Source: Bacillota bacterium (GTDB lineage: Bacteria; Bacillota; JAAYKD01). From it: a stretch of DNA of 61,992 bases. The stretch is taken from NCBI GenBank assembly GCA_963666425.2, contig CAXXTX010000016.1:1-61992 (forward strand), written 5' to 3'. The notes under the pieces were generated by a model, which saw only the letters and a program-made list of their open reading frames with translations, made no database searches and was not told where the DNA came from. The translations under genes were made by a program, and so were the position numbers. Shown here in pieces: positions 11,349-19,297 of the stretch (positions are counted from its first letter, which is position 1; every line of letters begins with the position of its first letter).

Positions 11349-12521
11349 TTATATTCTGGGAACATAAGGCTTTTTATCCCTTAAAACAGCGAAAACAATG
11401 TTGCATAATTTATGTGTAACAGCTCCAATTGCCGTCATATAATCTTTTCCTTCGTCGCGTTTCTTCTGGTAAAAAGCAGACATGACCGGATCTTTTTGCG
11501 CGGCAACCGTTGCGGCATTCCAGAGCGCTCTGCGCAGATAAGGTGAGCCTCGCTTCGACATCGTGTTGTGCGTTGAAGTGAAATTACCGGATTGTTTAAT
11601 CGAAGGGTCAATACCGGCAAATGCCGCCAGTTTCTTCGGATTTTCGAAATTATCAATATTGCCGATTTCCGAGTAGATCACCGCAGCCGAGGTGACTCCA
11701 ACACCAATAATGGTATCCAGATAGCATTCACATTGGGAATAGATCTGCTCAATCTTTTTTTCAATTGCGTCAATCTGTTCTTCAATGAATTGAATCAGAT
11801 CCACGGTTTGGTGTAATTCAAAGCATAGAGCAGCATTTGCTCTATTCACCCCAACTGTGTGTTTGCAGGCGCTGCGGATCTCCAGCGCTTTTTCCTCACC
11901 GAAACTGCCGCGGGAATGCTTCGCTAAAAAATCAGCCAACCGCTTTGTGCCGAGCTTCAGAATGGCATCCGGTGACGGATACTTGCTGAGCAACTCCAGC
12001 GAAGTTTTACCGAAAATATCTGAAAAAAGCTTGTGATATTCCGGAAAAAGATGATCCAGCACGCCAATTACATGGTTTTTGTGCTTTGCAATCTCATCAA
12101 CCAGAGAACAGCGGAAACGGCATAACTCGCGTAAATTCTGGACATCCTCCGTTTGTACCGCTACGTCGGAATAACGTCCCATGCGGATCACATCCGCGAT
12201 ATAACCGCAATCCACCGTATCCGTCTTGGTTTTACGGACAGACATGCGCCGTATGGCGTCGGTGAGCAGGGGATTGACCACATGCAATTCAATTCCTAAA
12301 TCGAGTAAAACACAATAAAAATTCAGCCAGTAATGACCGGTGGCTTCCATGCCGACGCAAATTGCATCTTGCTTTTGGTAAAGAGCGACCTTCTGCAAAA
12401 ACAATTGAAAGCCCTCTTCGGAATTTTCAAATGCAAACGAGGGAGCCAGCGCTTGACCACTGGCGTCCACCGCGATCGCCTGGTGACGGAATTTACCGAT
12501 GTCTACGCCAAAAGTAATCAT
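11349..12521 (-). CDS. IS110-family DEDD recombinase/transposase
   Basis: GVDIGK (D), GMEATGHYW (E), KTDTVD (DD), and a C-terminal Transposase_20-type 'AFAGIDPSIKQSG...SKRGSPYLRRAL' with the catalytic Ser. Confidence 0.95.
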   Translation of the reverse strand: MITFGVDIGKFRHQAIAVDASGQALAPSFAFENSEEGFQLFLQKVALYQKQDAICVGMEATGHYWLNFYCVLLDLGIELHVVNPLLTDAIRRMSVRKTKTDTVDCGYIADVIRMGRYSDVAVQTEDVQNLRELCRFRCSLVDEIAKHKNHVIGVLDHLFPEYHKLFSDIFGKTSLELLSKYPSPDAILKLGTKRLADFLAKHSRGSFGEEKALEIRSACKHTVGVNRANAALCFELHQTVDLIQFIEEQIDAIEKKIEQIYSQCECYLDTIIGVGVTSAAVIYSEIGNIDNFENPKKLAAFAGIDPSIKQSGNFTSTHNTMSKRGSPYLRRALWNAATVAAQKDPVMSAFYQKKRDEGKDYMTAIGAVTHKLCNIVFAVLRDKKPYVPRI

Positions 12522-12534
12522 TTACAGCAACTCC

Positions 12535-12800
12535 TCAAACTGGAATGCGGCAAAGGATGATCTCTCTGACGCTGACAGCTGCAACCTCGCGTGAAATACA
12601 AGGATTTTACCCTATCCAGCCAATACGCAGATTTCTGTCAGATCAGAGGCAACACTCTACATCACAGGAACGATTCCCAGGGAACAGTACGTTGACCTCT
12701 GCCTGACAAAATTATACCACAAAGGGCAAACCCCTTGGATACCTAAAGAGTGGCTTTGGCTCGCTTCCTGTACCCTGTAAATGAGTTACCTTGGCACTAC
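12535..12800 (-). ncRNA. Predicted IS110 bridge RNA (target-binding and donor-binding loops); ends approximate
   Basis: Stem CAGAGGTCAAC/GTTGCCTCTG encloses ACTGTTCCCT (12688-12679) and ATGTAG (12662-12657), matching the REP target ACCGTTCC-CT-ACAT. A second loop holds TGGCTGGAT (12622-12614) and CGCGAG (12591-12586), approximately matching the circle junction TAGCTGG-CT-CGTA. Confidence 0.8.
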
Positions 12801-13969
12801 TAGTATATACGAGGGAACGGTCTTGACCGTTCCGCCGTTCTCCGTCTCCTTCGTTCCTCGTCCCCTTCGTCTTCTTCGTCGTCTCTCCGCCCAACAATTA
12901 CATTAACATCTTATCCTTAACATTTCCCCGTCCGTCGCCCTCTACTCATAAATTGCATTGGCGTATTAGCAACACATTGTCCAAATGTAGTGAACGGTCT
13001 TGACCGTTCCGCCGTTCTCCGTCTCCTTCGTTCCTCGTCCCCTTCGTCTTCTTCGTCGTCTCTCCGCCCAACAATTACATTAACATCTTATCCTTAACAT
13101 TTCCCCCTCCGTCGCCCTCTACTCATAAATTGCATTGGCGTATTAGCAACACATTGCGCAAATGTAGGGAACGGTCTTGACCGTTCCGCCGTTCTCCGTC
13201 TCCTTCGTTCCTCGTCCCCTTCGTCTTCTTCGTCGCCTCTACCCCCAACAATTACATTAACATCTTATCCTTAACATTTCCCCGTCCGTCGCCCTCTACT
13301 CATAAATTGCATTGGCGTATTAGCAACACATTGTCCAAATGTAGGGAACGGTCTTGACCGTTCCGCCGTTCTCCGTCCCTCGTCTCTCCGCCCAACATTT
13401 ACATTAACATCTTATCCTTAACATTTCCCCGTTCGTCGCCCTCTACTCATAAATTGCATTGTTGCGTATTAGCAACACATTGTCCAAATGTAGGGAACTG
13501 TCTTGACCGTTCCGCCGTTCTCCGTCCTTTCGTCCCCTCTCATTCCTTCTTTCTCCTCCATCTCATCGCCGTTTCTTTTCTCCCTCCCTTAACACAATAT
13601 GTACATCACAAAGCACTGTGTCCTCGCTGGAATCATATTCCCGCTGAATACAGTGCTTTTCACATGCCACTCGACAATATTTAAAACCCACAGCAATCTG
13701 TGCCAACACCCCCGTCCCCCTGGAACACAAAGCACTGCTCAACAATTACATTAACATCTTATTTTTAGCATTGCGCAAATGTAGGGAACGGTCTTGACCG
13801 TTCCGCCGTCCCTCGCTTCCGCCGCTCTCTGTATCCTCGCCAGAATCATCTTCCCGCTGAATACAGTGCTTTCTATATGCCACACGGCAATGTTTTTATC
13901 CAATTTAATCTGTGCCAACACCCCCGTCCCCCTGGAACATCACGTCCCCCTGGCACATAAGTTATATCT

Positions 13970-14019
13970 TATACAACAGTATATTTTACGTTGACCAAAA
14001 GATATATCTGTTGTAAAAT
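13970..14019 (+). promoter_or_regulatory. sigmaA promoter with overlapping inverted repeat, upstream of AAA ATPase 1
   Basis: TTGACC (13991)-17 bp-TAAAAT (14014). The inverted repeat ACAACAG-TATAT...ATATA-TCTGTTGT spans it. Confidence 0.6.
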
Positions 14020-14049
14020 AACCACAGCAAGAATACGGAGGTGTTCCGA

Positions 14050-15264
14050 ATGATTAAACGGGAACGATATCTCAGTCAATTACGCGGCTTTATAAACCAG
14101 ACAGAGATAGTTAAAATCATTACAGGCATACGCCGAAGCGGTAAGTCTGTGATGCTGCAGCTAATTCAACAGGAACTCATTGAAAAAGGCGTTCCAGAGA
14201 GCAACATCTTCTCTTATAACTTTGAGGATAGGAGATTACATCAATACAAAGATGCCGACGTTTTGCACGATCACCTAAAAGAAGAAATTGACCATTGCAA
14301 AGGCCGCGCCTATTTGTTCCTTGACGAAGTTCAGGAAGTTGAAAATTGGGAAAGCTGTGTCAATTCTCTGCGTGTAAATTCCGATGTAGACATCTATATT
14401 ACAGGTTCCAATGCCAAGATGCTTGCCGGAGAATATGCCACACTACTGGCAGGGCGATACATAGAAATTCAAATCTATCCGTTTTCCTTTCAGGAATATT
14501 GCATTGCAATACACGAAAAACAGCCCAAACTATCTACGGAAGCCTGCTTTAGGAAGTATTTCATTACCGGCGGTATGCCCTTTCTGATTGCCCTTGACGC
14601 AGAAGAAAACACTGCCAAACAATATTTGAATGACATTTTTGCATCTGTTGTGATTAAAGATATTATGAAACGAAACAACTTTCGGGAAGTTGACCTTTTG
14701 GAACGAATTATCCTGTATGTGATGGCCAACATAGGAAAGACATTTTCAGCTACCAGCATCTCCAAATTTCTAAAAAATGACCAGCGCAAGGCTGCCCCCG
14801 AAACCGTGATCAACTATTTGAAAGCTTGTGAGGAAGCCTATCTATTCCATCGTGTTGGTAGACTTGATCTTGTGGGAAAGAAAATCCTGCAGGTCAATGA
14901 GAAATACTATATCTGTGATCACGGTATTCGCGAAGCTGTCTATGGCAATAACCAGCGAGACATTGAGCTAGTGCTCGAAAATATGGTCTACTTAGAATTG
15001 CTGCGTCATGGTTATAAGGTAACCGTAGGCCGCGTAGGCGAAAAAGAGATTGATTTTGTTGCTGATAAAGCTGGTCAGCGTATTTATGTGCAGGTTAGCT
15101 ATCTACTTGCCAGTGAAGACACGATTCAGCGTGAATTTGGAGTGTATCTTGATGTTTCGGATAACTTTCCAAAATATGTGGTTTCCATGGATGAATTCAA
15201 TTTAAGCCGAGAAGGAATTGAGCATAAAAACATCCGCGACTTTCTGCTCATGGAGAATTTATAA
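14050..15264 (+). CDS. ATP-binding protein, AAA_14 + DUF4143 family (paralogue 1)
   Basis: GIRRSGKS, FLDEVQ, ITGSN, 'KYYICDHG', 'LENMVYLELLR' and C-terminal 'EIDFVA...YVQV'. ATG at 14050 follows GGAGGTG. Confidence 0.9.
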   Translation: MIKRERYLSQLRGFINQTEIVKIITGIRRSGKSVMLQLIQQELIEKGVPESNIFSYNFEDRRLHQYKDADVLHDHLKEEIDHCKGRAYLFLDEVQEVENWESCVNSLRVNSDVDIYITGSNAKMLAGEYATLLAGRYIEIQIYPFSFQEYCIAIHEKQPKLSTEACFRKYFITGGMPFLIALDAEENTAKQYLNDIFASVVIKDIMKRNNFREVDLLERIILYVMANIGKTFSATSISKFLKNDQRKAAPETVINYLKACEEAYLFHRVGRLDLVGKKILQVNEKYYICDHGIREAVYGNNQRDIELVLENMVYLELLRHGYKVTVGRVGEKEIDFVADKAGQRIYVQVSYLLASEDTIQREFGVYLDVSDNFPKYVVSMDEFNLSREGIEHKNIRDFLLMENL

Positions 15265-15287
15265 GACAATACCGCACAGAAATATTA

Positions 15288-15318
15288 AAAACACGGTTTC
15301 CAATTACACCCGTGTTTT
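15288..15318 (+). terminator. Possible terminator hairpin
   Basis: AAAACACGG...CCGTGTTTT just after the AAA 1 stop. Confidence 0.4.
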
Positions 15319-15450
15319 ATATGCAATTCGTTTCAGCACCGCCGGGCGAGTCAATGCATCGCCCCTACCCAAACCCTTCTGCGTGTTTCCTCTCCCTACA
15401 GTTTCACAAACCACTCAAAACATATATTTTGTGAACCACATTGCACAAAC

Positions 15451-15479
15451 TTGACACTTTTCACAACTTAGGATATAAT
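15451..15479 (+). promoter_or_regulatory. Consensus sigmaA promoter for AAA ATPase 2
   Basis: TTGACA-17 bp-TATAAT, with repeated TCACAA/TTGTGA motifs at 15404-15466. Confidence 0.8.
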
Positions 15480-15502
15480 GGATGCACAAAGGAGGTGTTT
15501 CA

Positions 15503-16711
15503 ATGGAGAAACTTATCCCACGGCCGACCTATTTGGAGCAGCTTAAAAACTTTAAAGATAAGCAGTTGATCAAGGTTGTCACCGGTATACGGCGTTGTGG
15601 AAAATCCACCTTGTTTGATCTCTATTGCAACTACCTGAAGGAGCAAGGCATCCTTTCGGAACAGATCATCCGCATCAATCTGGAAGATCCGGATAATCAT
15701 GATCTAGACGGTTATTTAAAATTGTACAATTTGATCAAAGAGCAACTAATCGCTGAAAAGATGAATTACATCTTTATTGATGAAGTGCAAAATGTTCCGG
15801 AGTTTCAAAAAGCAATTGATGGCTTGTTTATCAAGAAAAACTGCGATGTCTATATCACAGGATCCAATGCCTATCTGCTTTCGGGCGAACTTGCGACTCT
15901 TCTTTCCGGAAGATATGTTGAAATTAAAATGCTTCCCTTATCTTTTTCTGAATTTATTGAAGGAATTGACGACAGCTCTGATCTGATCCTGAAATATCAA
16001 CGCTATATTCAAAACGGTTCTTTTCCTTATCTACTGAAACTGGAAAGAAAGCAAGATATCCAAGCCTATTTGGAAGGAATTTATAACACGATTGTTTTGA
16101 AGGATATCGCCGCCAGAAAACATATCTCAGACATTAACATGCTGGACAGTGTCATCCGATATATGTTTGATAACATCGGCAACCTCTGTTCTTCAACTCA
16201 AATTGCCAATACCATGACATCAAAAGGCCGTAAAATCTCCGTCCATACAGTGGAAAGCTATCTTTCTGCTTTGATGGAAAGTTTTGTGCTTTATAAGATT
16301 GGGCGGTATGATATCAAGGGTAAGCAATATCTTGCTACAGGAGCAAAGTATTATCTTGCCGACATCGGACTTCTCTATTATCTGCTTGGCACGAAAAAAG
16401 CCGACAGAGGGCATATACTCGAAAACGTTGTTTTTCTTGAACTGCTACGCCGCGGCTATGAAGTGCATATCGGCAAGCTTGGTCAAACCGAGGTAGACTT
16501 TCTGGCGATTAACAGCACCGGAAAAGAATATTACCAAGTTGCTTATACAGTATCTGATGAAAATGGAGATATTCTTGCAAGAGAGCTGGCTCCCCTGGAC
16601 GCGATTAAAGATCACAATCCGAAATATCTGCTGACAATGGATTTTGAGCCGCTCACCTCCCATAACGGGATCAAACAGATCAATGTTTTAGAATGGTTAC
16701 TAAAAGTATAG
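15503..16711 (+). CDS. ATP-binding protein, AAA_14 + DUF4143 family (paralogue 2)
   Basis: GIRRCGKS, FIDEVQ, ITGSN, KYYLADIG, EVDFLA. AAAGGAGG RBS. Confidence 0.9.
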   Translation: MEKLIPRPTYLEQLKNFKDKQLIKVVTGIRRCGKSTLFDLYCNYLKEQGILSEQIIRINLEDPDNHDLDGYLKLYNLIKEQLIAEKMNYIFIDEVQNVPEFQKAIDGLFIKKNCDVYITGSNAYLLSGELATLLSGRYVEIKMLPLSFSEFIEGIDDSSDLILKYQRYIQNGSFPYLLKLERKQDIQAYLEGIYNTIVLKDIAARKHISDINMLDSVIRYMFDNIGNLCSSTQIANTMTSKGRKISVHTVESYLSALMESFVLYKIGRYDIKGKQYLATGAKYYLADIGLLYYLLGTKKADRGHILENVVFLELLRRGYEVHIGKLGQTEVDFLAINSTGKEYYQVAYTVSDENGDILARELAPLDAIKDHNPKYLLTMDFEPLTSHNGIKQINVLEWLLKV

Positions 16712-16761
16712 AATAACAAAGAGAAAATGCTGTAGTAAACCCCACTGTGGGGAACCCCACT

Positions 16762-16875
16762 GTAGGGAGCGACTATTAGTCGCTCCGCAAACGCTCCGCA
16801 TCGTCCCAGCTATTACCCCACACATCCATTCTAACCATCGTCACGCTTGCGGAATGACCAATGGTCATTCCCTAC
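16762..16875. repeat. Inverted REP doublet (REPIN-like) made of two different GTAG-REP sequences
   Basis: GTAGGGAGCGACTATTAGTCGCTCC ... GGAATGACCAATGGTCATTCCCTAC. A related, decayed doublet lies at 18710-18820. Confidence 0.75.
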
Positions 16876-16992
16876 TGCACTATATCTTCGCCGGAATCAT
16901 TTTTCCGAGGGATATGGTGCTTTTTAATGCCTCTTGATAACTTCTAAATGTCACCATCAATCTGTGCCAACACCCCCGTCCCCTTGGAACAC

Positions 16993-17213
16993 ATCTGGAT
17001 GTTCCGGATAACTTTCCGAAATATGTGGTTTCCCTGGATGAATTCAATTTAAGCCGTGAAGGAATTGAGCATAAAAACATCCGCGACTTTCTGCTCATGG
17101 AAAATCTATAAGTCAATAACACGCAGAAATATATAAAACACGGTTTCCAATTACACCCGTGTTTCATATGAAATTCGTTTCGGTTCCACGGGCGAGTCAA
17201 TGCCTCGCCCCAA
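16993..17213 (+). pseudogene. Diverged copy of the 3' end and downstream region of AAA ATPase 1
   Basis: Homologous to 15146-15368; encodes LDVPDNFPKYVVSLDEFNLSREGIEHKNIRDFLLMENL*. Bracketed by CCCCGTCCCC hairpin elements. Confidence 0.85.
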
Positions 17214-17250
17214 CACCCCCGTCCCCATGGAACATAATCTTCTGGAACAC

Positions 17251-18510
17251 TTAAAACTTCTTGTTTTCTTTCATAAAATCCATGATATTGATGTGCTTGA
17301 TACCGCTTCGAGACTGAATCAGCTTATCCATCGTCGCAACATATTTGGGATAGTTGTCACCCTTGATTGCTTCAAGGCTCTTATATTCTCTGTCTTCCGT
17401 TTCTTTGCTGGCAAGAATGGTATAGGCAACCTGAACATAGGAATAGTTTAAATCTTTGTCACGCAGGATAAAGTCGCATTCAAGTTTTCCAATTCTGCCA
17501 ACGCTTATTTTGTAATCGTGACTTGTTGCATAGTTAAAAACAACGTTTTCGAGTGCCGGACTGTAATTGATTCGGTTGTCCGTATTCAAAGCATAATAGA
17601 ACGAAAAATCCGAAAGATAATATTTCTTCTCACCCTTCAGAGATTTTCTTGATTTCATATCAAATCTGTCGCACGGCATTAGAATCTTTGCACTTACCAA
17701 TGCATCTAAATAACGATCTAAAGTTTCACGCTTAATGTTCGTACCGTTTTTCTTCAAATCGTTCACAATATTCTGAATACTTGTAGTCGATCCAAAATTG
17801 TTGATAAGATATTTCATAACTAGATCAAAAACGGTTCTGTTTCGGATGGTAATTCTCTTTTGAATATCTTTCTTGTATATCTCGTCAATCAAGCCTTGCA
17901 CATATGCTCTCTTGTCACTGATGGAATCAAGCTTAACAGCATATGGGAATCCTCCTTCATAAATATACGCATTCAACAGTTCTTGCATATCGGTCGGTAC
18001 ACTTTTAGAGAAAAATAGTTTCATGCCGACAAATTCATCCGGTGTCAGAGGCAGAATATTAAACTCTAAATATCTGCCTGTAAGCTTTGTAGCGAGTTCG
18101 CCGCTTAGCAAATAAGAATTAGAACCGGTCAAAAAGATAGAGACATTTCCTTCCTCTCTCCAAGAATTTATAATAGATTCAAATTCATTTACATTCTGCA
18201 CTTCGTCAACAAACAAATATTGTATCTTATCCGAATGATACTTTTCTTCAATCAACTTATCCAGTTGCTCCGGTTCGGTAATTCGCATATATGGGCGTTT
18301 ATCTAGATTAAAGTATAAAATATCATCTTGAGAAACCCCACTTGAAAGCAATTCACCTATAATCATTTGCATGATGGAGGATTTACCGCAACGGCGTACA
18401 CCTGTTAATACCTTTATAATCTCGCACTCGTGATAAAAGCCACGCAGTTTTGATAAATATTTTTCTCTTGGATAAAGTTCACCAAGATTGTTGTTTTTCA
18501 CAATAGACAC
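17251..18510 (-). CDS. ATP-binding protein, AAA_14 + DUF4143 family (paralogue 3)
   Basis: GVRRCGKS, FVDEVQ, LTGSN, KKYYLSD, ECDFIL, YVQV. Confidence 0.9.
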   Translation of the reverse strand: MSIVKNNNLGELYPREKYLSKLRGFYHECEIIKVLTGVRRCGKSSIMQMIIGELLSSGVSQDDILYFNLDKRPYMRITEPEQLDKLIEEKYHSDKIQYLFVDEVQNVNEFESIINSWREEGNVSIFLTGSNSYLLSGELATKLTGRYLEFNILPLTPDEFVGMKLFFSKSVPTDMQELLNAYIYEGGFPYAVKLDSISDKRAYVQGLIDEIYKKDIQKRITIRNRTVFDLVMKYLINNFGSTTSIQNIVNDLKKNGTNIKRETLDRYLDALVSAKILMPCDRFDMKSRKSLKGEKKYYLSDFSFYYALNTDNRINYSPALENVVFNYATSHDYKISVGRIGKLECDFILRDKDLNYSYVQVAYTILASKETEDREYKSLEAIKGDNYPKYVATMDKLIQSRSGIKHINIMDFMKENKKF

Positions 18511-18558
18511 CTCTGTTCATTCTAAAAAGCAATAATAGAATTCCCGTGAGACTCTACT

Positions 18559-18634
18559 ATAATAGAACAAATTTTTGCGAATGTCAAGTTATAGGGGGTA
18601 TTTTTTGAGATATATTGATTTTCTTCCCCCTATA
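18559..18634 (-). promoter_or_regulatory. sigmaA promoter and adjacent inverted repeat for AAA ATPase 3
   Basis: Minus-strand TTGACA (18587-18582)-17 bp-TATTAT. The inverted repeat GTTATAGGGGG...CCCCCTATAAC lies immediately upstream. Confidence 0.6.
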
Positions 18635-19029
18635 ACACCAGATTTGGATTGTAGCTGCTTATCCTTATGGATCTGTGCCAACACCCCCGTCCCCTTGGAA
18701 CACTAGTCTGTAGGGAGCGACTATTAGTCGCTCCGCAACTCGCTCCGCAAATCGCTCCGCGACATCCCATCTATCGTCCCGCTCATCGTCACGTTTGCGT
18801 AATGACCAATGGTCATTACATACGGCGAAAGCTCCCCAAAACATGTAATGGCGAGATAGTATCTCGCTCGCAAGCGTTCCGTCGTTTACCCGCAAGCGCT
18901 TTATGTTACGCTGTCACCATCGACAAACGTTTGGCCTTGCGGGCGATCAATGCCTTTTCAGATCCGACCGAACTGATATCTTATTTGCTTCGTTATCGCA
19001 AATATCTTCCATTTTTATGAGAACTGCTC

Positions 19030-19058
19030 TTGATATTATTTGGATAAATGAATATAAT
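19030..19058 (+). promoter_or_regulatory. sigmaA promoter
   Basis: TTGATA-17 bp-TATAAT. Confidence 0.65.
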
Positions 19059-19084
19059 AAATACAGAAAAAAGAAGTTCTTAGC

Positions 19085-19297
19085 GTGAAGTATATTTCAA
19101 CAACACAAGCTGCACAAAAATGGAACCTATCGGCTCACATAGTGGCAATCCTTTGTGCAGCGAGCTGCATTGTCAGTGTGCTTCGTGTGAATAGAAACTG
19201 GATAATACCAGGAGATGCCGAAAAGCCTGGTGCCGCACGAGTTAAAAGCGGCAAATATCTAAACAAACTGGAGGTGACGCCGATTGAATACCAATGA
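19085..19297 (+). CDS. Small excisionase-like HTH DNA-binding protein (possibly degenerate)
   Basis: 'YISTTQAAQKWNLS...VAILC...WIIPGDAEKP' pattern. Confidence 0.6.
   Translation: MKYISTTQAAQKWNLSAHIVAILCAASCIVSVLRVNRNWIIPGDAEKPGAARVKSGKYLNKLEVTPIEYQ

Larger units (their letters stand above)
11316..12813 (-). mobile_element. IS110-family element inserted in a GTAG REP (2-bp core CT on the element strand)
   Basis: Left flank ...AAATGTAG| and right flank |GGAACGGTCTTGACCGTTCC rebuild an intact REP. AG is present at both junctions (11314-11315 and 12812-12813). No terminal inverted repeats. Confidence 0.92.
10847..13957. repeat. Composite REP-like repeat cluster 2, interrupted by IS110
   Basis: GTAG-REP at 11018, 11165, 11312/12814 (split by IS110), 12987, 13164, 13341, 13490 and 13781, mostly with a 147-177 bp period. 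The ~140-bp element occurs at 13588-13727 and partially at 13828-13939. Confidence 0.9.

Noticed and set aside
10847-13957. CRISPR array (regularly spaced palindromic repeats; also clusters 1, 3, 4 and 5)
   Set aside because: The intervening sequences are themselves repeated rather than unique spacers, the period is 100-180 bp, and there are no cas genes. The GTAG + hairpin form fits REPs.
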